From the NCBI GenBank assembly GCA_963575745.1, contig CAUYUJ010000281.1, forward strand, positions 310,001 to 374,000: a stretch of DNA of 64,000 bases, given 5' to 3'. Source of the DNA: Prorocentrum cordatum. Lineage: Eukaryota. The notes beneath the pieces are model-generated. The model did not search any database, was not told where the DNA came from, and worked only from the letters and a program-made list of their open reading frames with translations. The translations under genes were made by a program, and so were the position numbers. Shown here piece after piece: positions 37,438 to 51,253 of this stretch (position 1 is the first letter of the stretch; the number at the start of each line of letters is the position of its first letter).

Positions 37438-37604
37438 CAGTCAAGACGCTGAGATAAGGAACAGTTTGGATTCGGAAGGGGCTCGATGTTCCTCAGGTTC
37501 CTCCAGTGCTGTTCCTCTTGCCCTCCTTGGGCACGGAGGCGCTTACAGGTCCAAGAAGGTGCTTCGTTCCATATTTAGCGTTCCTTCTTTCAGCGGCCCG
37601 ACTG
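37438..37604 (-). mobile_element. MITE family A, diverged inverted copy
   Basis: TA|CAGTC...GACTG|TA. The reverse complement contains AAGGAACGCTAAATATGGAACGAAGCACC, matching family A. Confidence 0.75.
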
Positions 37605-38429
37605 TAGAGCGATGGGAATCCAGCGCAGCACTCCGATCTCCGAAACTCACGGACGATCTGCTCACTTGAAGCTCTCACGGCCCCGGTAATGGAATCGCGA
37701 ATGCTCTTCCGACCTTGCCGAACAAACGCAGAAACTCCCAAGGCTTCGTGGCAAACGGGTAACGACACGGGACGGATTCTGGCCCGGCGGGGAATGGTTG
37801 AGGGTTACAGGGGCCAGCGGCTCGAACAATCCCGTCCTCAGACCTGGGGAAGGCGGCCTTCTAAAAAGGCAGGGGGGGGGTTCAAATAATGGATCGCCCC
37901 CCACGTTTCCCGCTGCTTCTGCAAGCCGAGAGACCTCCTTGAAAGGCCGCCGTCTGCCCTTGCCCCTGTTTGTTATATCCTTGGGTTATCGTCAGAACGA
38001 TAACTCCTGCACGTAGCCGACGCACGACGGAAGGGGCCCGAGGGGGCCGAAAGAGAACGAAGGACGGGCCCCAGGAACCACAGACAAACGAGCGGAGGAA
38101 CACGACCAAAGAAAAGGAGCACCGACACACCGAGCGCCCGAAAGCAAAGTGCAGGCTCAACTACAACAAGGGGGGGAGAGGAGGAGCGACGGGACACGAG
38201 GTGGCGCGAGCCGTGCGCCAGCCTGGCAACTGCGCCGCCCGTGCCGCACACTGCTGCGCCGTCTTGCCGAGGAAGCCGGCCGCGTCGACGGCATCGCCAA
38301 GGCCCTGGGCACTGTCGCTCCCGACGCCGAGGCGGGCAAGGGTGGAGCGGTGGGAGGCGCGCATCTGCATGCTGCGCCCAGCGGCGGCGTGGAGACCTCC
38401 GACTCCGCGTCGAAGACGCCGCTGTCGTT

Positions 38430-38623
38430 GTCTGGGGCGGCCATGAGGGGGGCGTCCAAGAGGGGGGGGCGCAAATCATGGCCGGCGCCACGTGCGCGGC
38501 CCAGGGGGGGTGCCAGGAACGTAATGAAACAAGGAGAAGCGCCATGAAATCCAAGGAAATATCATGGCCCACGCCATGATAACCCCCCCCCTAGTCATCA
38601 CCCCCTTCTTCGCGGCCCCTGAC
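38430..38623 (+). mobile_element. 194-bp MITE, family B
   Basis: GTT|GTCTGGGGCGG...GCGGCCCCTGAC|GTT, with a GTT TSD. Confidence 0.85.
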
Positions 38624-39479
38624 GTTGTTCGGCTCCGCCAGACTGGGGTGGAACGCCCAGGCTTCCCTGCGACGGCGGAGGACGGGCGTCAACGCTCGCA
38701 GTCCGTGTCAGGGCCATTGCGCTCTGCGCGAGCACGAGCGAAGGGCGTACTCGCGCGATTCGGCGCCGCGTGATTGCGGCCGCTCGCTACGCCCAGCCGC
38801 GCGAACGGGTCCGAGGCGGAGCAGCCTCGCGGATGCTCCAGCAGCCACTGGAGCCTCGCGCAGCCGCCGGAGCTGCGAACGATCTCGCCCTTCTTGCCGC
38901 CGCGGCCCAGGATGCGTCATATGGCGCTCCGCACGTGCATGCGCCCCGCCTGTTACCCAGGATCCAGCCCGCTCCGCGTCACGTGGGGCGCCACTGTCGC
39001 GATGAGCTCCCTGTGCTGATGAGTCGCGCTGCCTGCTGCCTGGCCGCGGCGAAGCTGGCCCTGGGCGCTCCCGGCGGCGGGCGCGCGTCGGGCCACCGCG
39101 TCGCGGCGCGCCTGGCCCGCGGAGGGCCGAGGTCGGGCTCCAGCCAGTGGCTCTTCCGAGTGGCGGGGTGGCCGTCGCCAGACGCGGGCCTGACGCTGGG
39201 TGTGCCCTGTCTGTCTGCCTGTTGCTGGAGGCGCGGGCCCCGCTGTGCTAAGCCTGGGACGGGCAAAGAGAGAAAACAACAGAGAAGGCGCGCCTCCCAG
39301 GGGGAGCCGGCCCACGCGCTCTCACCTCCCCTCCTCCCTCCACTCCGCCTCCTCAGCCGGTGGCTCTCCAGCGCGTCGGTGGCAGTGCTCTCCGTGCTCT
39401 GGGACGTCCACCCCTGCGGGCTGTGCGCCGCGTCTCTCTGGCAAGGCCGCTTGCGCCTCTTGCGCGCGCGGTCGTTCAT

Positions 39480-40480
39480 GGCCGGCGCCGCCGTCCCGCC
39501 ACCGCGAGAGGCGAGAGCGTCGCGCGGCGTGCAGGCGTTGCGCGATGGACCCCCTGCCCTTGCAGCAGGACGCGCACAGCCGACCCCTTGCGAAGTCCCC
39601 GGGCCTCCATCTCCTGGTCCGCGAGGTGCAGGCAGGCGTCGCAATGCTTTCCCCAATCCAGCAGGGTGCACTGGACCGCGCGCAGCGGGATGGCTGCCGC
39701 GCAAGCGTTGGCGCCATGCTGGGCGAGCGGCATGCAGTTGGCGAGGCCGTGGATCCCATCCTTGCCGAAAGGGTTCGGCAGTCTGTGCAGGAGTTTTCGG
39801 ATTTCCTGGGCGTCTTTGGTCCCAAGGAAGTCATGCAGGCGATAGAACCGCGTGACATGGCTGATTTCGAACAAGATAGCGGCGCCATAGAGCCTGTAGG
39901 TGATGCCCAGCGAAGCGCGGGACCCCCTGGCTTCCAGGCACAGGGCATAGTGAATTTGCGCCGCTGCGTCGCGCCGTCGGCGTCATTCAACGCCAAGCGC
40001 AGCGAATTGGCGCCATCCATCCTGATGGCATTGGAACTTTCCGGCTGCGCAACTGCGTGGATTTGACATGAGAGTTTGTGGCTTGGCGCGTCGCCATAGA
40101 GGTTGACATGTTCAGGCCGCGCACCAGAAGCTTCCAACCACTCTGCTGTATGATATTTCATTGCTGCTTCTTGAGCGCAAAAGGTGGATGTGGCGAGGCA
40201 ATGCGGGGTCAGATGTCGAACCCACGCCTCCGAGAATGATTGACCACGATGGGAGCTGCTGCTTCTGCTTCGGCGACTGTGCGTTGAAGCTCTGCGACGA
40301 TGCCACTCAGCTCATCATGCTCTCGCTCGTGGCGCGCGGTCGTTCGCTTGGCGATGTGACGGTTTCTGCGCTGTGGGGGCCAGCGCTGACGTCTGCTCTG
40401 CGATTCGCTGGACCATGCCCTGCATATGCAGGATTATGCTCGTTCAACATGAAGGTTGCCATCTGCGCCCGCTCGTCGTC
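39480..40480 (-). pseudogene. Unidentified decayed coding-like sequence
   Basis: Non-repetitive, protein-like fragments in different frames (KYHTAEWLEASGARPEHVNLYGD..; FEISHVTRFYRLHDFLGTKDAQEIRKLLHRLPNPFGKDG). I recognise no family. Confidence 0.3.
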
Positions 40481-40544
40481 AGCAACTTTTCCCCACCGAG
40501 CAGGTTGGGGTCGCTAGACTTCAAAAACAGACCTCCCGGCCACT

Positions 40545-40972
40545 CCCACCCTGCATGCCGTGGCCGCCAGACCCCAAATTGTCCCGAATGTCCCGGTTAT
40601 CCCGCCTCGCGCCCTCGACAAACACGACAAAACACACCCTGTATACCGCGGCCGCCACACGCCAAATTGACCCGAGATTTCGGGTTAACCCGCCTCGCGC
40701 CCTCGACTAACACAACAGAAAACACACCGCGGCCGCCAGACTCCAAGTTGTCCCGAAATGCCCGGTTATCCCGTTCCGCGCCCTCACAAACACGACACAA
40801 CACACGCTGCACACCGCGGCCGCAAAACCCCGAATTGTCCCGAATGTCCCGGTTATCCCGCCTCGCGCCCTCGACGAACACGACATAACACACCCTGCAT
40901 ACCGCGGCCGCCAGACCCCAGGTTGTCCCGAATGTCCCGGTTATCCCGCCTCGCGCCCTCGACAAACACGAT
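40545..40972 (+). repeat. Tandem ~85-bp repeat, 5 units
   Basis: Repeated CCGCGGCCGCCAGACCCC..TTGTCCCGAATGTCCCGGTTATCCCGCCTCGCGCCCTCGAC. Confidence 0.92.
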
Positions 40973-40974
40973 AG

Positions 40975-41780
40975 AATACAATATGACACAAGAGCACATG
41001 ACGTAACAAAGCAAGAGCATGACATAATATGACCCAACATAAGCCAGCTCATCCGAGAACATGCCAAAACGTAACACGACATACCATAACCGAACTGACA
41101 TGGAGCCTCACTGGCATAGCATACGTATCATGACACAACGTCACCAAACACATCAAAGTCGACATCCCCACATAGCGGCGAACACATTGCAACACAATAT
41201 GTCACGCCAGAAGATAACATAACATAGCGCGAGTATGTCAAACATGGCAAAGCACAACATAGCAACATCATGCCACTGTTCGCAAGATATCACAGCTAAA
41301 AACACATCATAGCATGGCATGGTGCAACTGGAGGCGTTATAACACAACATACATTGCGCGACCGAGGAAACAGAACACACCTTGCACTTCATACCTGAAC
41401 GCAGCATAGCACGACACTGTCGCATTTCGCCATATTCGAACATAGCAGGTTGTAATATATGATGCTGTCCCGAGCCGTACACAAACACAACATCACATGC
41501 CATACCAGAACGTAGCATAACAACCGGATATAAACGATCATAACATAACAAACGATGGCAGGACACATCATACCATGCCACACGGACACATACCATATCA
41601 TAAGACGGCACCATATCATTGCAAAACATACTAGCCGATCCGATCATAACATAACGCACTGAGCCGAGCCGTCAACAACATCATGGAACAGAGCACACTA
41701 CAGCATAAGATGTCAGCATAGCACGCCTTAGCATAGTGTCGCAACGCGGATCATACCATAACATCTCCAACCATATGGTG
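40975..41780 (+). repeat. Old degenerate pentamer satellite (ACATA/GCATA-like)
   Basis: 5-bp periodicity with a strong A/C skew. Confidence 0.8.
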
Positions 41781-44700
41781 ACAGATCTGAGCCAACGTGC
41801 ACCCATGGGTGTCGGATACCCACGTGCCGGGGAGGCTTCGCGCGGGGCCGCCGCGCGCCCCGCGTATGCTCGGGGGAGCGAAGAAGACGAGGGCGAGGCG
41901 CATGATGAGGAAAGAGGACGAAGAACAGGGCGAGGATGAGGGAACGGAGGAGGAGGAGGAGGGGGAGGAACGAGGACGATGAGGAGGACCAGGAGGAGGA
42001 TGGAGAGGTCCGCCTCACCTCCTTTCTCCTGCTCCTCCTCCTCCTCGTCCTTCGTCGTCCGTCTCCTCCTTGTGGTGCTGCTGCTGTTCTTCCTGTTCCT
42101 CTGACCGGGGGTTGAAACTCTCTCAGAACAGGTTTGGGGATATCGCAACAAGCGTTTTGTGTTTGATTTCGTCTTCGTCCGAGGCCTCGGGGTTGTTATA
42201 ATTTGGAAAACATCAACTTGCGACCTGGCCCGGCCGCCGCCCTGGCCGACGCCGCCGGGCACTGCGTACATCCTTCCAGTAGGCGCGCGCACCGTTGGGA
42301 CCAAACTCCCAAGGTTTCGGTGGGGATCGTTCGAAGCAAAATAATTTGAATGATCCAAGCTGGCCGTCGCAAGTGTCGGCGAACTGGCGATCGAGATTGT
42401 TGCATACTGGCGGCTGCTATCGGGGCCCATCGATGCCGCCTTGCGCTCCACACCAGGGCGCGTCGCTATTGACGCCCAACTGGTCCGAACGGGTGGACTA
42501 TGTTCCCCTCGCCCTTGAGCAGGTCTTGCTGCTGCCGCTGATGCCGCCCACGGGACTACTTTCTTTGCTGGTCGACATCTTTGGTTCTGGTTCTGCGGGG
42601 CCTATACAGGCTGGAGGGCACCACTGAGGCGCCAAAGCCCGAGGCCACCTCTGGGCCTAACCCAGACGGCCTACGAGGGCCGTCCCCGTACAGCGCAAAG
42701 CTCCAGGAGGCAAAAAAGAACCCCGAGGCCCAGAGGCGGAGCACCTTGGCCCCAAGGGAAACCCAACCTCGCCTCCAGGGGTCTTCCAGGGTCTCACGGA
42801 GGCCAGAGAGACACACCTGGGAAAGAAGGGACTGGAACTGTTCGACGGAGCGGGCGGCCGCGGCACACTCGCTTCGCGTGGCACGATCTCCCCGTGTGGG
42901 GCCCACCAACGCCGCCTCAGTCGCTCAGTCGAACTCCTGAATGTCCTCAACGCGGGGCCGCACGGCCCGCTCGTGCCCGAAATTGACCCTGTGGTCTGCA
43001 GGGCGGACCGGGCAGGCCCCGTCAGACCAGCCAGGGAAAGCTGGTCGACATCTTTGTTCCAATGGCGCACGCTGGTCTGGAGCGCGCCTTTCTCTTCGAC
43101 CAGCTGGCTCTTTGAAGAACTTCCTACGCACAATGGTCTGGTTGACATGGTCTCGTTGCATGGTGTCACGCGATGATGTCTGCGACTGGCCCGACTGGGT
43201 TGATTGTTACCAGTGCGATGCGAATCTGTACGCGAAGGCCGAGTCTGTGCGCGAGTCTGCCTGCGCACACGCGTGAAGCGGGGCCCCATGTGGACAACGA
43301 CCCCACTCAGAACAGTGGGGGCCTCGGCTTTGGGTCAGATGGATGGACGGCCGCCGCCTGCATGGCCTTGAATGCAATCTGGCGTCGCGCGAGAATGCTT
43401 GGACGTCTGCTGCGGCTCACCGGTGCCCGTGGGACGCCAGCGGGCTTTGCCCGCGTAGGGGAGATCACCTTGCACTCAAACGGGTACGGAGGAGGGGGGG
43501 ACACTGGGGGAGGAGAGGAGGGGGAGAGGAGGAGGAGAGGAGGGGGAGGAGGAGGAGGGGGGGTGGGGGAGGGAGGGGAGGAGGGAGGAGGAGGAGGAGG
43601 GAGGAGGAGGAGGAGGAGGAGGAGGAGGAGGAGGAGGAGGAGGAGGAGGAGGAGGAGGAGGAGGAGGGAGAGGAGGACTGGAGGAGGAGGGGAGGAGGGA
43701 GGAGGGGAGGAGGAGGAGGAGGAGGGGAGGAGGGAGGAGGAGGAGAGGAGGGGGGACGGGAGGAGCGGCCCCCGAGCGACGGCGCGCGGGCGAGCGCGCG
43801 GTCCTCGCGCACGAAAGTGAAGTCCGTGCCTCCCGGGAGACCTGCCCGCGGCTTGGCTTCCCGGCCCTGCACGCTGCCCTCCCTTCCCACCGGAGGCGGA
43901 GGAGGAGAAGCGACCTGTGAGGAGGAGGAGGAGGAGGAGGAGGAGGAGGAGGAGAGAGGGGGGAGGAGGAGGAGGAGAGGAGGAGGAGGAGGAGGAGGAG
44001 GAGGAGGAGGAGGAGGAGGAGGACCGCGGACCGAGGTGCTCGGACGATCCGGGGTGGAGAGCTAGCTGGCCCGGGGGAAGGGGCCCGGAGGCCCCGACGA
44101 GCCTCCAGAGGCTCAAGCAATAGCCCGAATGCCCGGCAATTCATGTGCTCGATGCTGTCCTATGATTGATGGGACGAGGAAAGGAGGAGGAGAAGGAGGA
44201 GGAGGATGAGGAGGAGGAGGAGGAGATGGAGCCTCGGAGGAGAGGAGAGGAGAGGAGAGAAGAGGAGAGGAGAGGAAAGGAGAGGACGAGGATGAGGAGG
44301 AGGATGAGGAGAGGAGGAGGACATGCATTGCTGAGCGTTCGGGGGGTGTCTTCCCTCCTCCTCCTCATCCTCCTCCTCCTGCTCCCTTTTCTTCGCCCCT
44401 CCATCCTGCTATTCGAGGCTGTAACACAAGGAGATGTGGTCTAGGGCTCTGAGGCCCACGGATATCAAAGAGAGCAAGCCGCGCGAACTCTGCGTCTGCG
44501 TTGCGTCTTCAATTGTCCCCTCTGGCCGCGTCCACTCTTTGCTGCTGGGAGGCTGGGAAGCTGGGAACACACACGCGGCTGGACTCGCAGGCGGAGCATG
44601 CGGCGGCCATGCGATGGATGCAAACGGAGGCTCGGCGTACATGGCCTTGCAAGCGCTGACTGCTGGAAAAGCATGCCCGTGCAAGGCACATCAGGTGCGT

Positions 44701-45718
44701 TCAGCTTCACTGCACGTTCGCAGGAAAGGGGTGCTTGCACTGAGGAGTAGAGTATCTAATGCGATGTAGCTGAGATTCGGCCTCGTGCATCGGGTTCTGT
44801 CGTGATTTGTGTATGCGTGACTGTGCTGGGTAGGCGTACACCCATTCTTGTTCTTCCCGCCACACCACTCCCCTTGCTTCTCATCCACCCTCCTTTTCGT
44901 CTCTCCATTTCTCTCTCTCTCTCTCTCTCCATTTCTCTTTTTTGTTTTTTTCTTCTCTCTCTCTCTCTCTCTCTTCTCAATCCTCCGTCAGTAGAGAGCT
45001 GCCTGATATTGAAGAGATATCTGCAGCAAAGACATTCGCATGACGGTCAGCGATGGGGGAAAAGGAGAGCATGAGGGGGAATGCGGGGAGAGGGAGCATC
45101 AAGAAGGGGAGGAAGAGGTGGAAGAGGCGGGGGATGGGCAGCATAAGGAGGAAATGGAACGCTGAGAAGTGAACTGGGCGGAATGTGCAGGAGGAAGGGG
45201 AGGCATAGCAGAATGAGGAGAAGGAGGAGGAGGAGGACGAGAAAGACGGGACAGAGTCAGGGATGAGATCGCCCCGCAGGGCGCAGGGCGAGAGAACACG
45301 CACAGGAGGTCCTCCCACCACGGAGGCAGACGAGGGTGATCCACAGTGGCTGTCATTGCACTCCACTGGAGATGGCAGGGTGCACCCGAGGGGAGCAGGA
45401 GGAGGAGGAGGAGGAGGGAGAAGAAGGAGGAGGAGGAGGAGGAGGAGGAGGAGAAGGAGGAGGAGGAGGGGGGTGAGGGAGAACGAGCGGGACGGAAACT
45501 CAAAGCATGGCTCCGCGCCGCCCCGCCCACGCCCCGCCGATGAAGTGCAGGCGGCTGTCCTGAGGATCTCCGTCGCTCGGGGGAGAGCGGAGCGCTCTCC
45601 GCCGTCTGCCGTCGCCTGTCGTCGGCGTTCGTTGCCTCCCGTCGTTGTCTGACGTTGCATGCCGAGGACGTGGTGGTGGTCGCTGTGCTGTTCGTGGTCG
45701 TGGTGGTGGCCGTCGTCT

Positions 45719-45798
<80 letters not shown>

Positions 45799-47049
45799 TC
45801 CGTCGCCATCCTCGCCCTCGTCCTCGTCCGCGTCTCCGTCCCCGTCCTGCTGCTCCTCCGTCTCCTGCTTCGTCTCCTCTTTCACGTCCTCCTTATCCTC
45901 CACCTGCTCCTCCTCCTCCTCTTCCTCCTCCTCCTCCTCCTCCTCCCTCCTCCTCTCCTCCTCCACCTCCTCCTCCCCCTCCTCCTCTCCTCCTCCCTCC
46001 ACCTCCTCCTCCCCTCCTCCTCCTCCTCCTCCTCTCCTCCTCCTCCTCCTCCTCCTCCGCCTCCTCCTCCTCCTCCTCCTCCTCCTCCTCCTCCTCCTCC
46101 TCTCCTGCTCCTCATCCTTCTCCTCCTCCTCCTCCTTCTCCTCCTCCTCCTCCTCCTCCTCCTCCTTCTCCGCCGCCTCATTTCGCACGTCCTTCGCAAT
46201 TCGTGCCCGAATTCCTGCCCGGGTCTGGTCCATCTTTGCCAGCTTTTCACCCTGGATCGGACCCGGGGTCCGAAAAACGACATCCGGAGGCCAAGGTCGA
46301 GGAGCAGCATCAGGCGCGAGCTTGCTGATCGCCCTCCGTCTCTCCTGCCCCCTGCTCTCCATGAACCTCCTGCTTCCCGCCCCCCCCTCCTTCCTCCCTC
46401 CCTGTCGTCAACCCCTCCATGAAGGGGTTGCGGCCGAAGGCGCTGACCCGAGCCCAGCAGGCAGCAATGGCCTCAGGGTAGTTGATTTTATAAACGTCCA
46501 ATTTCGGGGATCTTCTGACCCAGGTCACTCCAGACCCAGGTCAGCCAGGCCTTACAGGATCCTGCAAGACCCTGCGCCCAAACCCGGGTCAATGCGAAGG
46601 ATCCTGGCAGATCCTGCAGGGTCCTGCGCCCCCACCTGGGTCAATGCGACCCTGCCCCTGCGGGATCCTGCCAATTCCGGCGCTCTGGCTGACCCCCGTT
46701 TGCACTGACCCCCCGTCCCAAGGCTCCCGACACTCCACTCCACCCCCTCCCTCTGCCTCCGTGCCTGCACCTCTCTCCCCCTTCCCGACCCCGTCGGCCT
46801 CCCCCTCCTGGCCTCCTGCCTCCCCGCCTCCCCCCCCCCTCGGAGGAGGAGGCAGGGGAGAGGGAGGGGAGGAGAGGCAAGGTGGGGGAGGAGGGGCAGG
46901 AGGGCGAGCTAGGTGCGCTCGCGTCATATCTGACGTTCGACCCTTCCCTCCCATCCCGTTCCGTGGCGTAGATCTCTTCTCTAGTCGCACATTTGGACGC
47001 CGTAGCATGGCATAGCATTGCACGGTGTTCTAAGATCAATGCGTAGCAT

Positions 47050-47600
47050 GACATAGCATGGCGTGGTGACGCCCCAAAGTGGGGGGGGGCTTCTGCGACC
47101 CAGGAATTCAACGAATCGGAACCGTATGTGTAATCACTTCCGGTCGCTTCTTCGGGAGGCCATGTTCTAGATTTGGGAGCCTATTTGGAAGGACCGAAAC
47201 CATGCCGTGACATGGCCCTGGAAATAGTCACGCCAACGCTGCAGCGGGAGCACGACCCGGAACGACCGAAACGCAGAAATAAAGCAACCGCTGCAGCGGG
47301 AGCACGATTCGGAGGACGCGGAGCCTGACATAGCATGTCGCGGTGACGCCCCAAAGTGGGAGGGGTGTCTGCGATTCAAAAACCAACGAATCGTCACCGA
47401 ATGTGTAATCACTTCCGATGGATTTTCTGGAGAGCATGTTCTAGATGTCGGGGCCGATTTGGAAGGACCGAAAACCATGCCGTGGCATGGCGTTGGAAAC
47501 AATGACGCCATCGCTGCAGCGGTAGCACGATTCTGAACGCGCGGAAGCGCGGAAATGTCGCCAGCGCTGCAGCGGGGGCACAATTCGGAACGAGCGGTGG
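47050..47600 (+). repeat. Two diverged tandem copies of a ~278-bp unit
   Basis: GACATAGCATG..GGTGACGCCCCAAAGTGGG..ATGTGTAATCACTTCCG..CATGTTCTAGAT..TTTGGAAGGACCGAAA starts at 47050 and again at 47327. Confidence 0.9.
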
Positions 47601-48489
47601 CCCGAAAATGGAGCCAGCGCCTCGGCGAGAGCAGCATTTAGAAAAAAAGACCCAAGCGAAAACCCGTTCCCTGGGAATCCTGTGTGTAAAAAAAACACTA
47701 CGCGCAGGGCGGCCGGCCATTTGCCGGACGTCGTCAGGGGAGAGAGGAGAGTAGCATTCGTATTGTGTCATTGTGGGGGAGGAGGAGGAGGAGGAAGAGG
47801 AGGAGGAGGAGGAGGAGGAGAAGGAGGAGGTGGAGAAGGAGGAGGAGAAGGAGGAGGATGAGGAGGAGGAAGAGGAGAAGGAGGATGAGGATAAGAATAA
47901 GGATAAGGCCTTTGGGGGTCCGCGTCACTTCGCCCACAAAAAGAGGCGGGGCCCTGGGTAAACATATGGACGCAGGCCCCCTGTTTGCTAGTGCTAGCTC
48001 GGGGGGCTGCCTGGTGCGCGCGGCCCCCATACTGGGGGGCCGCTGCGCCGTGGCGGGGGGACCCTGCCTTGGTGAGCTGGAGCGGAGCCGCAGACGGACG
48101 GGGGTGCCTCCCCGTGGAGGTGGGCCCCCACTCGCTCAGAGCACTCTCCCCCCCCACCCGCTCCGCCGCTCTCCCCACCCTCCCCCGCTCTCCTCACTGC
48201 TGGCACGCCGCAGCACCGAGAAAGAAGGAACGCTGGCCTGCCATGCTGCTGGACCGATGTGTCGTGGTGCCCGCTTGCCTGTTGCTTGTGCCGTGATGTG
48301 TCGTGGTGCCCGCTTGCCTGCTAGTGCCGTATACGTGGTAGGCCTCTCTGGCACGTGAGTGCTGACGGATGTCGCTGGACAAGCGGTCCCGAAGGAAGAA
48401 TAATCATAACAAGAAGAAGAAGGAGAAGAAGTGGGCAGGCTGCTACTGTATTCACTGCTCACGACAGCAGCCCCAGCCCCCACTCCGCC

Positions 48490-48712
48490 TTTTCGGCGAC
48501 CGATGGGTCGCGGAGGCGGAGGTCCTCGCTCGGGCTCGGAGCAGTCGGCTCCGCTGGAATCCCTAGCGGGGGTGGGGGCTGGAGCTGCAGCTGCGTCGGC
48601 AGCACTTTGACGTATGGCTTCCACCCCTGGGTGCTCTTGCTGGGCGTCGGGCACTTCGGGCGCTGCTGCGTGCTCCAGTTGTGCGCCTGCTGCAGGCTGC
48701 TGAACCCGCTCT
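48490..48712 (-). CDS. Candidate exon (SGFSSLQQAHNWSTQQRPKCPTPSKSTQGWKPYVKVLPTQLQLQ..)
   Basis: Strong G/C bias at third codon positions in this frame, downstream of a pyrimidine tract. Boundaries are uncertain. Confidence 0.45.
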
Positions 48713-49158
48713 GGTCGACCGGAGGAGGAGGAGGAGGAGGAGGAGGACGAGGAGGAGGAGGAGGAGGAGAAGGAGGAGGAAGATGGGGAGGAATGGGACC
48801 CCTGTCGCCCCATGCCTCCTGCCATCCTGCCTCCCCTCCGCCTCCCACCAACGACCGCGGTGCTCGACGGTTCTGGGCCACTGCGCCGCCAAGGGCTTTG
48901 CACGCCCTGCTCTGCCAGTCGCCCCCGTGGGGACGGGGCTTCGGGACCGCAGCTCTGTGAGCCCCGTGCCCCCTCCCTCCCCCCTTCTGCTTCCTTTTCC
49001 CCTTCCCCTTCCCCTTCCCCTTGTCCTCCTCCTTCTCCTCCTCCTTCTCCTCCTCCTCCTCCGCCTCCTCCTCCCTCTCCCTCTCCCTCTCCCTCTTTTT
49101 CCTCCTCCTCCTCCTCCTCCTCCTCCTCCTCCTCCTCCTCCTCCTCCTCCTCTCATCC

Positions 49159-49214
<56 letters not shown>

Positions 49215-49347
49215 TCATCCTCATCCTCATCCTCATCCTCATCCTCACCCTCATCCTCATCCTCATCCTCCTCCTCCTCCTCCTCCTCCTCCTCCTCTTC
49301 CTCCTCCTCCTCCTCCTCCTCCTCCTCCTCATCATCATCATCATCAG

Positions 49348-49421
<74 letters not shown>

Positions 49422-49471
49422 GCATCATCATCATCCTCATCCTCATCATCATCATCATCATCATCCTCAAA

Positions 49472-49505
<34 letters not shown>

Positions 49506-49506
49506 G

Positions 49507-49538
<32 letters not shown>

Positions 49539-49893
49539 CCATCATCATCATCACCATCATCACCATCATCAGCATCCCTTGCTCCTTCCCCTTCAGTCTC
49601 CTCCTCTTCCTCCTCCTCCCTCTGAACCTCCTCCTCTGTCTCCTCCTCTTTCTCCTCCTCCTCCTCCTCCTCTTTCTCCTCCTCCTCATCCTCCTCCACC
49701 TGTTCCTTCTCCTCCCCCTCCTCCTCCTCCTCCTCCTCCCCTCCTTCTCCTGTTCCTCCTCCTCCTCCTCCTCCTCCTCCTCCTCCTCCTCCTCTCCCTG
49801 ATCCTCCTCCTCCTCCCCTCCCCCTCCTCCTCCTCCGCCTCCTCCTCCTCCTCCTTTTCCGTTTCATCGCCCCTTGGGGGAAACAGACGAGTC

Positions 49894-49977
49894 CTGAGGA
49901 TGCAACACCCTGACGTTCACCGTGTTGACCTCATACAGCGTCTTCACGCCAGGGTACGTGCGCGAGTACGCGATCTC
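49894..49977 (-). CDS. Candidate exon (EIAYSRTYPGVKTLYEVNTVNVRVLHPQ)
   Basis: 84 nt, phase 0-0, with a pyrimidine tract, TTTAAG|G acceptor and CAG|GA donor (an internal GAG|GT is an alternative). High GC3. Confidence 0.55.
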
Positions 49978-51253
49978 CTTAAATGATAAGGAGGGGGGAC
50001 CAGGAGGATAGAGGACAAGGAAGAGGAAAACTGATGGGATGGAAGGCACGGAGGACACGCAGTAAGGGGATACGGATAATGCGGATGAAAGAAGAACCAG
50101 ATGAAGAAGAGAAGAAAAAGCTAGACTTCGGAAAATACATGGACGAGGGAATCGGAGGAAGAGATGGGAGGACATACGCGGAGAGTTCCAGCGATGAGGA
50201 AGGGAAAGGGGGCGACGAGGACAGAGGAGCAGCAGGCGGGAGAGGAGCAAGCGGAGGTGGAGCAGGAGGAGCCGCGCAATGGGAGGCAAAATCCCGCTCG
50301 AGCGGCACACCGTGCACGCCCCTGGTCCCCAGCTCCTCCGTCTTGCGTGATCTGCCCGCCGCCCGTGGCCCGCGCGGCCCAGGAGCAGCGCATGGAGCAA
50401 CCGAGGACCTCTCGGCCCCTCCGAAGGCCCCGCCCCCCCCCCCGAGGGGCCGAGGGGGGCGACGACCGTACGCGGCCAAACTGGGGCGATGCGTCGAGGG
50501 GCGAGCGCGCAGCTGCCAGGCCCTTTGTAGCGCGACGCCGGCGCCCCGCCGGCGGGGGAGGCCCCCAAGAGGAGATCAGGCGGGCCAGGCAAGAGGAAGA
50601 GAACCTCCTCCTCCTCCTCTCCTCCTCCTCCTCCTCCTCCTCCTCCTCCTCCTCCTCCTCCTCCTCCTCCTCCCCTTCCTCTTCGTCAGAGGAGCAGCAG
50701 GCGGGAGATCCTGCCAGAGCTGAGGAGAGCAGAGGCCCTCGGGAGGGCGAGGAGCGAAGATCAGGGCAGGCCCGCCGGGGCGCACGCTCCTCTCCCGACG
50801 ACGGAGCCCGAGGAGGAGGAGGAGGTGAGGAGGGCGAGGAGGAGGAGGAAAGGACGGCGGCGCCTCTGGAAGCTCGAGGGTGAGCAGAGGACCCGCCGCG
50901 AGGGCGAACGCGCACAAAGAGAGAACGGTGGGGAGCACTACGGCCCAACGTATGTTTGCCGTCGGCATCTGAGGAAGAGGAAGGGATGGAGGAGGAGGAG
51001 GAGGAGAAGGAGGAGGAGGAGGAGGAGGAGGAGGAGGAGGAGAGGAGGAGGAGAGGAGGAGGAGGAAAAGGACGATGCTATGGGAGCCTGGGGAAGGTGG
51101 ACGGGACAAAGTCGTCACCATGACGACTGGTGTTGGGCGCAGGTGTTCCCAATCTTCCTCCGCGCCCGCACGCTCGCTGCAACTCCTACCGCAGGAGGTG
51201 GGTCAGACCATGACCAGCATGACATAACACTCCGCGGATGCCCCCTATAATTG

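Noticed and set aside
44977..49986. Long acidic, poly-His and poly-Pro ORFs
   Set aside because: They are read-throughs of GAG/CAT triplet tracts in all frames.
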